Below are positions 27,538-36,602 of a DNA stretch of 64,000 nucleotides, in pieces; positions within the stretch are counted from its first letter, which is position 1; every line of letters starts with the position of its first letter. The notes under the pieces were generated by a model. The model was not told the DNA's origin, made no database searches, and worked only from the letters and a program-made list of their open reading frames with translations. The position numbers and the translations under genes were made by a program. The DNA is taken from assembly GCA_021811435.1 (NCBI GenBank), contig JAJZOR010000003.1, positions 20,434 through 84,433 of the forward strand, written 5' to 3'. Source of the stretch: Candidatus Micrarchaeota archaeon (lineage in GTDB: Archaea; Micrarchaeota; Micrarchaeia; Micrarchaeales; Micrarchaeaceae).

Positions 27538-28641
27538 CTAAGACACTTTCCTAAGCATCTCTATCCATGTAGCCAGATTGCCTCCGCACATCGAGATGAA
27601 CGGGTGTTTTTCCTTCTGCATCGCCTTTGCAATAGCTTCCACCTTTTCAAATACATCCTTGCTTGAGGTATCAGCTGCGTCTATTATCTTGAAGAGGTGC
27701 TCATTTGCCTCAAGCCCAGGCGCTTCGAATCCAAGATCCATGAATGAGCTCCTTGGAGCCTTATTATGCTGCAGGAGGGGCTTGCCGTTGATTATGTAGT
27801 AATCTAGTTCATCTATCAGTTTCTTTGCCACTAAGCCTGACCATATGTCATCAAACCTATCAACTTTCCATGGATTATCCTTCATCTTGAACTGATAGAA
27901 TCCAGGGATGACTTCTCTCCTGAAAGCGAGATTCATTGAACATACGGTAACATAGTTGCCTTTTGCCACCACAAAATTCTCTTTGTAATCACCTGCATTC
28001 ATGCGTGTCTTGGACTGCCCGTTCAAATCTCCTTCAGACAATATAGTCACTGAATCAAGATCCGGGATGTTTGTCCATAAGCCTTGGGACATGCCAATCT
28101 TTGAAACATCTATTTCCCTCTTGGATATTTTTTCGTATCTTGCGGCAAAGGGATATCCTCTAGGATATAGATGGTACTTGTTGAAACTCTGATGCAATAC
28201 ATTTGCAAACTTCTTGTCGCTGCTTAATTCCGTTATTTTCCCCTTAAAATTTAAGTTCTTGATGTGTCCACCTATAAAGTCAAATTGATCTATCGGAAGT
28301 GTATCATCATCTATTGTAAAGCCGTATTTATGTCCATGCATCCACATGTAAAGAAGCCCAAACGACTCTTCGGATCGGTGTTTCTTAGGAATCAGCTCTT
28401 CATGGTATTTTTGTAGCCCTAAAGCCTGCATTTCCTTGTCCCTATCACGCTGGTTGAGTACAGTTGCTTCTACTCCGTGTTCTTTGAATACATTGACATA
28501 CTGCGCCTTGTCTACGTGATCTTCGGTTAGCACCATGAATTCTGCCTTCGAGAGATCAACTTTGTGCATCTCTGCATTATTTAGGTAAGGCTCTACAAAA
28601 TCGGCACCACGTATGGTGGGCAACATTATTAGTGAATCCAC
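27538..28641 (-). CDS. reversibly-glycosylated-polypeptide (RGP/GT75, UDP-arabinopyranose-mutase-like) family protein
   Basis: TIDDDTLP, RGYPF..R, NLAFRREV.P, and DRFDDIWSG...KK..D pattern, as in plant RGPs. Confidence 0.6.
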   Translation of the reverse strand: MDSLIMLPTIRGADFVEPYLNNAEMHKVDLSKAEFMVLTEDHVDKAQYVNVFKEHGVEATVLNQRDRDKEMQALGLQKYHEELIPKKHRSEESFGLLYMWMHGHKYGFTIDDDTLPIDQFDFIGGHIKNLNFKGKITELSSDKKFANVLHQSFNKYHLYPRGYPFAARYEKISKREIDVSKIGMSQGLWTNIPDLDSVTILSEGDLNGQSKTRMNAGDYKENFVVAKGNYVTVCSMNLAFRREVIPGFYQFKMKDNPWKVDRFDDIWSGLVAKKLIDELDYYIINGKPLLQHNKAPRSSFMDLGFEAPGLEANEHLFKIIDAADTSSKDVFEKVEAIAKAMQKEKHPFISMCGGNLATWIEMLRKVS

Positions 28642-28747
28642 ATTATAACCGTTATAATTACTGAGATGGTTATTACAATAAAAAGTTATTAAGCTTTATC
28701 ATTGATTAATAAATGTCTTCTGGCTTATTACTAAATACTTGGTGTGA

Positions 28748-29638
28748 TTGAATATGTTCTCCTTAACTGATGAGATATCAAAGATAAGCGATCTCAGAAG
28801 GAATTTGAGGAATTGGTACGTAGTACCCCTTTTCAAATATGGAATCATTAAGAAAGCAACTCTTACTACAAAGAGAGGGGATTCGATGGAGATAAACAGT
28901 ATGCAGGACTACTACACGTTTTTCAGTGGAAGAGTATGGGGCATGCAGAAACTCGGACGCGTAAACGATAGGATTAAGATAACAGATAACATGGTAATCC
29001 TAGATGGCAAAACCAAGTTTGCATACCATAAGGAAACAGAGCTTGGAGCGTCACTTCTTATGCTGGGCGAGGTATACAAAGAAGAATATGGGTGCCTTGA
29101 TGTACAAGATAAAATCGTAATAGACATAGGCGCAAACATAGGCGATTCCACCATCTATTTTGCAACTAAAGGCGCAAAGAAAGTGATTGCGTTTGAACCG
29201 TTCCCTGCAACTTATAGGCAGGCAAAAGAAAACATAGGACTGAATGGTCTGGACAAGAGGATAGAACTGTTGAATATGGGTGTTGGGGGCAAATCAGAAA
29301 CGATATTCCTGCCGGATACGTTTATAGGAACAAGCAGTATGGACTCAATAGGGAAGAGCGCTTTAAGTGGGGATACGCACGAAGGGGTACCGATCAGGAT
29401 AATAACGCTAGATGAGATAATCAAGATGTATCCTAATGATGAAACTGTATTGAAGATGGACTGTGAAGGATGCGAATATGCATCGCTACTCGATGCAACA
29501 GACGAGACCCTCAAACATTTCTCTGAAATCATATTGGAATACCACGAGAAAAGCGGGAAATTGATGGAGAGGTTCAGAAAAGCAGGTTTCACCACTGAGT
29601 TGAAAGCAGGGAGGATAATGCTCGCAAAACGAAACTGA
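28748..29638 (+). CDS. FkbM-family methyltransferase
   Basis: VIDIGANIGDSTIYFA...FEPFP and LKMDCEGCEYASLL. Confidence 0.8.
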   Translation: MNMFSLTDEISKISDLRRNLRNWYVVPLFKYGIIKKATLTTKRGDSMEINSMQDYYTFFSGRVWGMQKLGRVNDRIKITDNMVILDGKTKFAYHKETELGASLLMLGEVYKEEYGCLDVQDKIVIDIGANIGDSTIYFATKGAKKVIAFEPFPATYRQAKENIGLNGLDKRIELLNMGVGGKSETIFLPDTFIGTSSMDSIGKSALSGDTHEGVPIRIITLDEIIKMYPNDETVLKMDCEGCEYASLLDATDETLKHFSEIILEYHEKSGKLMERFRKAGFTTELKAGRIMLAKRN

Positions 29639-29912
29639 TAATGCTGTGTTGAATTAATCGTGGCATGGTGAATTACTGTTATATCGACTGGCACAATTGA
29701 AGGGTTTTGCGCCATAGGAGTAAGCGATTCATTCAACACCGCAATCCTGAGACGCTTAAGCGGACGGGACTCTAATATCATTGTAGTTGCATTAATCTTG
29801 TAGTGGAATATCAATTCAACAACCCCACCGCAAGCGGTCGGGCATTCCTCGAAACAATAAAAAGTTTTTAGAATCAAATTAGAATCGAAACGTATTTGAT
29901 TTAAGGTGTCAT

Positions 29913-29932
29913 ATTACTTTTCAAGGTTGCTA
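29913..29932 (+). repeat. solo IS630 right-end inverted repeat (IS relic or MITE end)
   Basis: ATTACTTTTCAAGGTTGCTA matches the right end of the IS at 18959-18978 (ATTACTTTTCAGGGTTGCTA) in 19 of 20 positions. It is followed by TA and then the wzx ATG. Confidence 0.75.
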
Positions 29933-29934
29933 TA

Positions 29935-31506
29935 ATGCCCAAACATAAAGCTAATGGCACTAAGACCCTTGATTTGGGCGTCAAGCACGCCGGTATTGCA
30001 TCTTTTGTATTTATAGCGAAGGCTATCTCCCTAATTGTTGGGGGGGTTATGCTAATTGTGATAACAAGATTACTTGGACCTGCTCAATATGGAATTTATA
30101 CGCTCTCACTTGCTATTTCAGGTTTTATAGTAGGATTTGGTTCATTGAATATATCTGCATATTTCAATAAAAATATCCCTAAGCTAATTGCCAAAGGGGA
30201 GGAAAGGGAGATAGGTATCATTGTCGGGGACAGCTTGCTTTTCCTTTTGTTTTTATCTCTTATGTTAATTTTTATAGGCGCAGTCCTTGCAGGCTTCATA
30301 GCTGAAACAGTATTCGGTTCAGTATCTTACATAGAATATGTTTACTTGGCATTATCCACAGTATTGTGGTATATTATATATTCAACTTTTACGAGCGTAC
30401 TTGTAAGCTTTGGTATAGCTAGGGAGGTGGGGATTGCTTCGGTATGCGGTTTGATTTTCCAATCGGTATTGAGCATAATACTTGTATCACTTGGTTTTGG
30501 CGCTGTTGGAGCGATTTTAGGCTACACTGCAAGCCTTCTCATAGGATCCGCTATTGTATTGTATTACATAAATGCGCATGTCCCGATAAGATTTACATTG
30601 GGAGGCATAAGAAATCGATTGCATGAAATGATAATGTTTTCAATACCTCTGACGGTTACGGCTATAATAACTTCATTGACTGCTAATTTTGTGGTCATTT
30701 TTTTTGGTATTCTTCTAATTTCGACAAGTGCGATTGGAGAATATGGTATTGCAGCTAGGGTTGGGCAGGTTTTTGATGCAGTAAGTGGAGCGATAAGTGT
30801 TGTACTTATACCGATGTTTGCTACTGCCGTATATAATAAGCATAGCATATCAAAAATTAGCAAACTATACCATGATTCAGTTTACTACAACCTGTTGTTT
30901 ACAACACCACTTATAGTATATGCTTCAGTATTATCAAAGGATATTATCTTAACGTTATTTACATCCGCTTATACACTTGCAATAATATATATGCCACTGG
31001 TTAGCATTGGCATGTTAATATCATTCTTATGGAATGCTGCTTATTATATGACAATAAGTATAGGTAGAGTTGATAAGGTATTAAGATTTGCAATAATTTG
31101 CACTGCGATACAGTTAGTGTCAATGCTTATACTTGGTGAGCTTTTTGGGGTCATAGGTGTCATTATAGCATATTTTTATATAGGTAACATTGCATTTGCT
31201 TTCTTTTATTTCAGAGGGCTGCGCAATTTTGGTATGCACATAAAATTAGGCCCTATACTTAAGCTGATTATTTCTAACCTTATTTTTGGAGCTGCTTTAG
31301 TCCCCTTGGTATTCTTGCAAATTAGACCGTTGTACGTACTTATAATCGGCGTTGTGCTAGGGCTTATATTATATCCAATTGCACTTATAAAGATGGGCGC
31401 GCTTTCGAAAAACGAGCTTGATGTACTTTATCAGGTAAGTAATGGCATGCCTTTTATCGGAGGCATCTTTAGGGTATTACTACAATATAGTGAATTTTTC
31501 TTATGA
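29935..31506 (+). CDS. Wzx-like oligosaccharide flippase (MOP superfamily)
   Basis: 523 aa with about 14 hydrophobic helices, the layout typical of polysaccharide biosynthesis protein family members. Confidence 0.7.
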   Translation: MPKHKANGTKTLDLGVKHAGIASFVFIAKAISLIVGGVMLIVITRLLGPAQYGIYTLSLAISGFIVGFGSLNISAYFNKNIPKLIAKGEEREIGIIVGDSLLFLLFLSLMLIFIGAVLAGFIAETVFGSVSYIEYVYLALSTVLWYIIYSTFTSVLVSFGIAREVGIASVCGLIFQSVLSIILVSLGFGAVGAILGYTASLLIGSAIVLYYINAHVPIRFTLGGIRNRLHEMIMFSIPLTVTAIITSLTANFVVIFFGILLISTSAIGEYGIAARVGQVFDAVSGAISVVLIPMFATAVYNKHSISKISKLYHDSVYYNLLFTTPLIVYASVLSKDIILTLFTSAYTLAIIYMPLVSIGMLISFLWNAAYYMTISIGRVDKVLRFAIICTAIQLVSMLILGELFGVIGVIIAYFYIGNIAFAFFYFRGLRNFGMHIKLGPILKLIISNLIFGAALVPLVFLQIRPLYVLIIGVVLGLILYPIALIKMGALSKNELDVLYQVSNGMPFIGGIFRVLLQYSEFFL

Positions 31507-31550
31507 AAATTTACGCAAGTGCCAAATTATTTATATGTGTATTGAACTGT

Positions 31551-32453
31551 TTATTCTCCACCCATAATTTTACTTACACCTTCCTTAACTGAAGTAAATT
31601 TGAATGGGCCGATTGTGCTGAGCAGTTTTCTTGTATCCGCCTTGGTCAGGTATTGATAACTCGATAATGGATTCTTTACATATTTTTTATTATCCTTATT
31701 TATTAAATTTGCAATTTCATTGAAAGCAGTTGCGTTTCCAGTGCCAACATTGTATACCGCGTCTTTGCCTTTTTCAAGCAGCAACAGGATTATTTTTGAC
31801 GCATCATCTACGAATATGTGGTCGCGTGCTTGGCTGCCATCGCCGTATATCACCAATGGCCTGCCAGCTTTATTCTCTCTGATAAAGTTTGTCATTATGC
31901 TAGCGTAGTTTCCTTTATCGTTCTCTCCCGGGCCGAATACATTGACGAAACGCATGCCCACTATATCCATCTTGTAGATGTCCCTGTATGAATCGGCTAT
32001 CATCTCATTAATTAGCTTTGACTTTGCATAGTGATTCCTTTGCTTCTTTATATCTATAATTGAGGTCTCTGAGAAGCCGCTGTCGCTTGTGTATACCGCA
32101 GCACTTGAAGCGTAAAGAACCTTTTCGCAGCCACTTGATACAGCCGCATCTAAAACATTCAGAAATCCGCTTACATTTACCGAATAGCACTTTGCTAAAT
32201 TCTTTTCAAATTCTACGTTCGATGTTATAGCAGCTAGGTGTATCACTTTTTGTACACCTTCTATAGCTTCTTTGACCAAGGTTGAATCTAATATGTCTCC
32301 CTTAATCATTTTTAGGCCTTTGATTTTACAATCCCTGTGATCCAGACCGATAACTTCATAGCCCTCGTCTAATGCGTGGCGTGCGAGGTTTGCACCTATA
32401 AATCCAGAACATCCAGTTATAAGCAGCCTCCTTTTTTGATTTTTTTGCATCAC
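31551..32453 (-). CDS. extended SDR epimerase/dehydratase
   Basis: LLITGCSGFIGANL, YAKSK (YxxxK). Confidence 0.75.
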   Translation of the reverse strand: MMQKNQKRRLLITGCSGFIGANLARHALDEGYEVIGLDHRDCKIKGLKMIKGDILDSTLVKEAIEGVQKVIHLAAITSNVEFEKNLAKCYSVNVSGFLNVLDAAVSSGCEKVLYASSAAVYTSDSGFSETSIIDIKKQRNHYAKSKLINEMIADSYRDIYKMDIVGMRFVNVFGPGENDKGNYASIMTNFIRENKAGRPLVIYGDGSQARDHIFVDDASKIILLLLEKGKDAVYNVGTGNATAFNEIANLINKDNKKYVKNPLSSYQYLTKADTRKLLSTIGPFKFTSVKEGVSKIMGGE

Positions 32454-32474
32454 TTACTTACCCTTATTATACTT

Positions 32475-33467
32475 TTATTCTCCGACATAAACAATCCTGC
32501 TCCCTAGAGCCTCGAACTCGAAAGGCTCCTCCCTTAGTTCCGGCAATGCGGCTTTTATCGCACCTCGTTTTGACGGATTTACGAACAGCAGCAAGAACCC
32601 TCCGCCACCGGCGCCTATCAGCTTGCCGCCCTCAGCCCCTGCGGCCAAAGCCTTATCATATATTCTATCGATTTTCGGGTCGCTTATACCATCGCTCAAA
32701 GTTCTCTTAAGTTTCCAATTTAAGTCTAATAGTCTGCCAGTTTCTGCCCATTTGCCATTACATATTGAATCGAAGAGCTCGTATGAAAGGTCACGCATTG
32801 CTTTATATTCATTCAGATGCTCCGATATCGTTGCAGTCTGCTTTGTATGTATGCTCGTTGAACTCCTCTGCACGCCGGTGTAAAGCAGCATTAGATGCTT
32901 CTTTAGCATCATATGGTCGCTCTCCTTAGTTATGACTGGTTTTAGCACCACGCTCTCATCATCGTTGAATTCCATGAGTTTTATACCCCCATAAGCAGCG
33001 ATGTACTGATCCTGCTTGCCGCCAGGTTCCTTCAATATGCCCCTTTCTATGTGGACCGCTTCATTGGCCAGTTCCTTCATGCTAACGAATTCGCCCTTCC
33101 ATGCGTGCAGCGCATTTAACAATCCGACAAGGAACGTGCTACTGGAGCCCAATCCCGTACCGCCAGATGGTATATCTGAGATGCTCACGATCTCGATGCC
33201 GCCGTCTATTTCGAGCAGCCTTAACGCCTCCCGCACTGTAGGATGCTGTATCTTGTCTACGCTATCTACTATCTCGGTCTTTGAATAGCTAATCCTTATG
33301 TGATTGTCGAATTTTTTGTTAACGACTATGTGTATGTACTTGTTTATTGCTGCGGAAACCACAGCTCCTGGACCATTATGCAGGTAATAACCAGGAAGGT
33401 CGGTCCCGCCTCCTACGAATGTTATCCTGAGTGGCGTTTTTGTCATTATCATGCGTTCGCCGTACAT
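32475..33467 (-). CDS. hddA: GHMP sugar kinase, D-glycero-D-manno-heptose-7-phosphate kinase-like
   Basis: PLRITFVGGGTDL, GLGSSST, GGKQDQY, GAGGGGF. Confidence 0.7.
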   Translation of the reverse strand: MYGERMIMTKTPLRITFVGGGTDLPGYYLHNGPGAVVSAAINKYIHIVVNKKFDNHIRISYSKTEIVDSVDKIQHPTVREALRLLEIDGGIEIVSISDIPSGGTGLGSSSTFLVGLLNALHAWKGEFVSMKELANEAVHIERGILKEPGGKQDQYIAAYGGIKLMEFNDDESVVLKPVITKESDHMMLKKHLMLLYTGVQRSSTSIHTKQTATISEHLNEYKAMRDLSYELFDSICNGKWAETGRLLDLNWKLKRTLSDGISDPKIDRIYDKALAAGAEGGKLIGAGGGGFLLLFVNPSKRGAIKAALPELREEPFEFEALGSRIVYVGE

Positions 33468-33481
33468 GATGTGCCACTTTG

Positions 33482-34402
33482 CTATTGCCCGTTCAAGAGC
33501 TTCGAAATGCCTTCGTCAAGGCTTATCTTGGCTTTAAATTTGATTAGTTTTTCCGCTTTGGACGTGTCAGCCAGGTTCTCCATCACGTAGTTCTTAGTGG
33601 GCATCTTGACGTATTCAGCCTTTACATCTGTGCCTAGGCTCTTGTTTATCTTGTCTACCAACTCGTTAAGGCTATAGTTCCTTCCGGTACCAACATTGAA
33701 TATGTCGAACCCCTTTATATCTGCTACTTTTATCAGTGCATCAACTACATCGTCTACGAATACAAAGTCGCGCCTTTGCAGCCCATCGCCGTATATCACC
33801 GGCCGCTCGCCCTTTTTAATAGCCCATATGAACTGCGTAACTAGATTGGCGTATTCTTTCTTGGCCTCCTCGTGCCTGCCATAAACCGAGAAGAAGCGCA
33901 TGGCGGCAGCGTTCACCCCGAAAAGCTTCGCATAAAGTTCAGATAGCCTCTCGGCGAGTATCCTGCCTTCCGTATAATAATCGGTCACAGGCGGCACGAT
34001 ACTCTCTTTGTGTGGTGGGGTAATACCGCTGTATATTGATGATGTAGATGCAAAAACCAGGGTGGCTTTGTTTTTCTTCGCGTATTCTAATATGTTTATA
34101 ACGCCCTCTATGACTTCATTCAGGAGGTTAGGGTTTTTCTTGTACATCGGGGATGACGAATACATCCCTAGATGAATTATAAGATCTGCATTAATATTGT
34201 GCTTGGATATGTTCTTTGAATCGTCTTGTATAAATTTGACATTTCCGGTCTTCTGGGCGGCTTCCAGGTTCTTCAAAGAGCCCGTATTTAAGTTGTCTAT
34301 TACGTAAACGTTGTTTTCCGGAGCAAGCCTTTCGACAAGATTGCTGCCTATGAAACCAGCGCCGCCAGTCACTATTATGTTCCTGCCTTTTAAGTTTTCC
34401 AT
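33482..34402 (-). CDS. extended SDR epimerase/dehydratase (HldD-like N-terminus)
   Basis: IIVTGGAGFIGSNLV....VIDNL. The expected YxxxK position reads YTEGR by eye. Confidence 0.7.
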   Translation of the reverse strand: MENLKGRNIIVTGGAGFIGSNLVERLAPENNVYVIDNLNTGSLKNLEAAQKTGNVKFIQDDSKNISKHNINADLIIHLGMYSSSPMYKKNPNLLNEVIEGVINILEYAKKNKATLVFASTSSIYSGITPPHKESIVPPVTDYYTEGRILAERLSELYAKLFGVNAAAMRFFSVYGRHEEAKKEYANLVTQFIWAIKKGERPVIYGDGLQRRDFVFVDDVVDALIKVADIKGFDIFNVGTGRNYSLNELVDKINKSLGTDVKAEYVKMPTKNYVMENLADTSKAEKLIKFKAKISLDEGISKLLNGQ

Positions 34403-34444
34403 ATTTACACCACTAAAAATCCTATATTTTATATGCCATTAGCG

Positions 34445-35002
34445 TCATAGCCTGTCCTCCACTATCTTCGAGAGCATGTGGCCCACAGCTATGTGCACCT
34501 CCTGTATTATGGATGTCCTCGTGCTATCAACTTTAAGTATATATTGCGCTTTATTGGCAAGCTTGCCGCCGCTTTTGCCCGTAAAAACTATAGTCAGGCA
34601 TCCGAGTTCCCTGGCCTTATCAATCGCCCTTATAACGTTTTCCGAATTTCCGCTCGTAGAGATGCCTATCACTATGTCGCCTTCGTGTGCGAACGCCTCA
34701 ATCTGCCTGGAATAGACATGGTCATATCCGTAATCGTTGCTGATTGCCGTCAAAACAGATGTATTTGCGTGCAAGGCCAGGGCAGGCATAGGCCTGCGCT
34801 CCTTTTCGAAACGGCACACGAATTCTGCCGCTATATGCTGCGCATCGGCCGCGCTTCCTCCGTTGCCCATCAATATCAGCTTATTTCCCTTCAGCATCCT
34901 TTTTGCTATCTCTTCACCGAGTGTATAAACGAACTCAGGATCAACTGACAGCCTGGCGTCTGCTCCATCCTTTAGATAATCCTTGATGCTTTTTATATCC
35001 AT
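34445..35002 (-). CDS. gmhA: phosphoheptose (sedoheptulose-7-phosphate) isomerase
   Basis: GNGGSAADAQHIAAEF, NDYGYD.V..RQ, ISTSGNS.N. Confidence 0.85.
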   Translation of the reverse strand: MDIKSIKDYLKDGADARLSVDPEFVYTLGEEIAKRMLKGNKLILMGNGGSAADAQHIAAEFVCRFEKERRPMPALALHANTSVLTAISNDYGYDHVYSRQIEAFAHEGDIVIGISTSGNSENVIRAIDKARELGCLTIVFTGKSGGKLANKAQYILKVDSTRTSIIQEVHIAVGHMLSKIVEDRL

Positions 35003-35052
35003 CGCAAGACCGCTTTTTAAGCCGTTAGAACCGTTATGAATTAAGCAGATTA

Positions 35053-36030
35053 TTATAAATATTTTGTCGCATTTGAATCGCGCACCAGCGTATCTACCGC
35101 ATGCGTCACAACTTCAATCGAATCTGCATACTTTAGCCTTATACCTAACCCTAGCATTTTGGAATTGTCCATGTAGGTATCTGGAACATCGCCAGGCCAT
35201 CCCTCCACCGATCCTGTGTACTTGATTTTTGCGTCTGGCGCAACTCTGCCTGTAACCAACTTCGCTATATCCTTCACGCTGGTCTGGCCATAGGTAGCCA
35301 AGTTCAGTATCATGTCGGGCTCGGCCTTTTCATAAGCCATCAGCATGGCGTTCACGCAGTCAACCACATCTATGTAGGCTTTCCTTTGTTTTCCATTGCC
35401 CAGCACTTCTAATTCCGACATGTTACGCTTCAATTTCCTTATGAAATCGACCATTACGCCGTGCGTCTGGTTATTACCGACAACATTGGCAAACCTGTAT
35501 ATGTAGTATTTAACCCCGTATAGGTTGCCGTAGGCCGTAAGCAGCCCCTCGCACGCTAGCTTTGACGCAGCATACAACGATATAGGCTTCAGCGGCCCGT
35601 AGTTCTCAGGCGTGGGTTTGACTTCAGCCCTGCCATAAACCGCGCTAGAAGAGGAATACATTATTCTGTCAACATCATTAAGCCTTGCGGCTTCGAGGAG
35701 GTTGTGCGTAGCTATTGGACCCTGCTCCATGTCTAAACCTGTGTTTTTTGTGCCTAACTGTATATCTGGGTTGGCAGCAAAATGCACTATGATCCCTGGC
35801 TTTTCCTCTTTTATGGTTTTATTTAGAAGTTTGACATCAAGCAGATCGCCCTTTACAAACCTGAATTTTTTATAGGTTCCAAAGCGCCGTATGAGTTCGA
35901 ATTTTCCTGAGCTTAAATTGTCGTATACGACAAGCCTTGAGGCCCTCCCTATCAGTTGCTCTACCATATTGCTGCCTATGAATCCTGCGCCGCCGGTAAC
36001 AAGGATGCGTTTACCTTCTATCTTGGGCAT
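35053..36030 (-). CDS. extended SDR epimerase/dehydratase
   Basis: ILVTGGAGFIGSNMV, YAASK. Confidence 0.75.
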   Translation of the reverse strand: MPKIEGKRILVTGGAGFIGSNMVEQLIGRASRLVVYDNLSSGKFELIRRFGTYKKFRFVKGDLLDVKLLNKTIKEEKPGIIVHFAANPDIQLGTKNTGLDMEQGPIATHNLLEAARLNDVDRIMYSSSSAVYGRAEVKPTPENYGPLKPISLYAASKLACEGLLTAYGNLYGVKYYIYRFANVVGNNQTHGVMVDFIRKLKRNMSELEVLGNGKQRKAYIDVVDCVNAMLMAYEKAEPDMILNLATYGQTSVKDIAKLVTGRVAPDAKIKYTGSVEGWPGDVPDTYMDNSKMLGLGIRLKYADSIEVVTHAVDTLVRDSNATKYL

Positions 36031-36042
36031 ACCACATACACC

Positions 36043-36576
36043 TTAATTACTTCCAAATCGCTTTGCTTCCTCCCGCTTTATTATGCTGAGAACATCTGAA
36101 AAGTTATCTGCATAAAAATCTGCTTTTCCGCTGCCTGTTTTATTCCTTACTTTTATGCATTTTATTCCTGCATTTCTTGCCATTTCGATGTCTATTTCAG
36201 CATCACCAATGACAAAAGACCTATTTATATCTATGTCAAAATCGCCCTTAGCGTCCTCCAGCAGCCCCAATGCGGGTTTCCTGCACCTGCAGCCGGCAGC
36301 CGGCAGGTGTGGGCAGTAGTATATGGCATCAATCCTGCCGCCTCTTGCGGCTATATCGTGCTTTATTTTTTCATGCATCGATTTTAAGTCATTCTCAGTA
36401 AAATAGCCGCGCCCAACACCGGATTGATTTGTAATTATTATTATGTAATATGTCTTGCTGAGCTCGCTCAAAGGTTTGTATATGTCGTCGTACAGCTTGA
36501 TCTCTGATGCGTTCTTGCAGTAGGGGCAGTCCTTGCTTATAGTGCCATCCCTATCGATGAATAATGCAGGTTTCAT
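36043..36576 (-). CDS. gmhB: D,D-heptose 1,7-bisphosphate phosphatase (HAD, HisB-N-like)
   Basis: FIDRDGT, TNQSGVGRG, CPH...C.CRKP, GD...D. Confidence 0.8.
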   Translation of the reverse strand: MKPALFIDRDGTISKDCPYCKNASEIKLYDDIYKPLSELSKTYYIIIITNQSGVGRGYFTENDLKSMHEKIKHDIAARGGRIDAIYYCPHLPAAGCRCRKPALGLLEDAKGDFDIDINRSFVIGDAEIDIEMARNAGIKCIKVRNKTGSGKADFYADNFSDVLSIIKREEAKRFGSN

Positions 36577-36602
36577 ATTAAATCATCGGTTAGCGTCCTG
36601 GG

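Noticed and set aside
29212-29877. 221-aa minus-strand ORF
   Set aside because: It is antisense to the well-supported FkbM methyltransferase and extends into the IS-relic spacer. It has no recognisable motifs.
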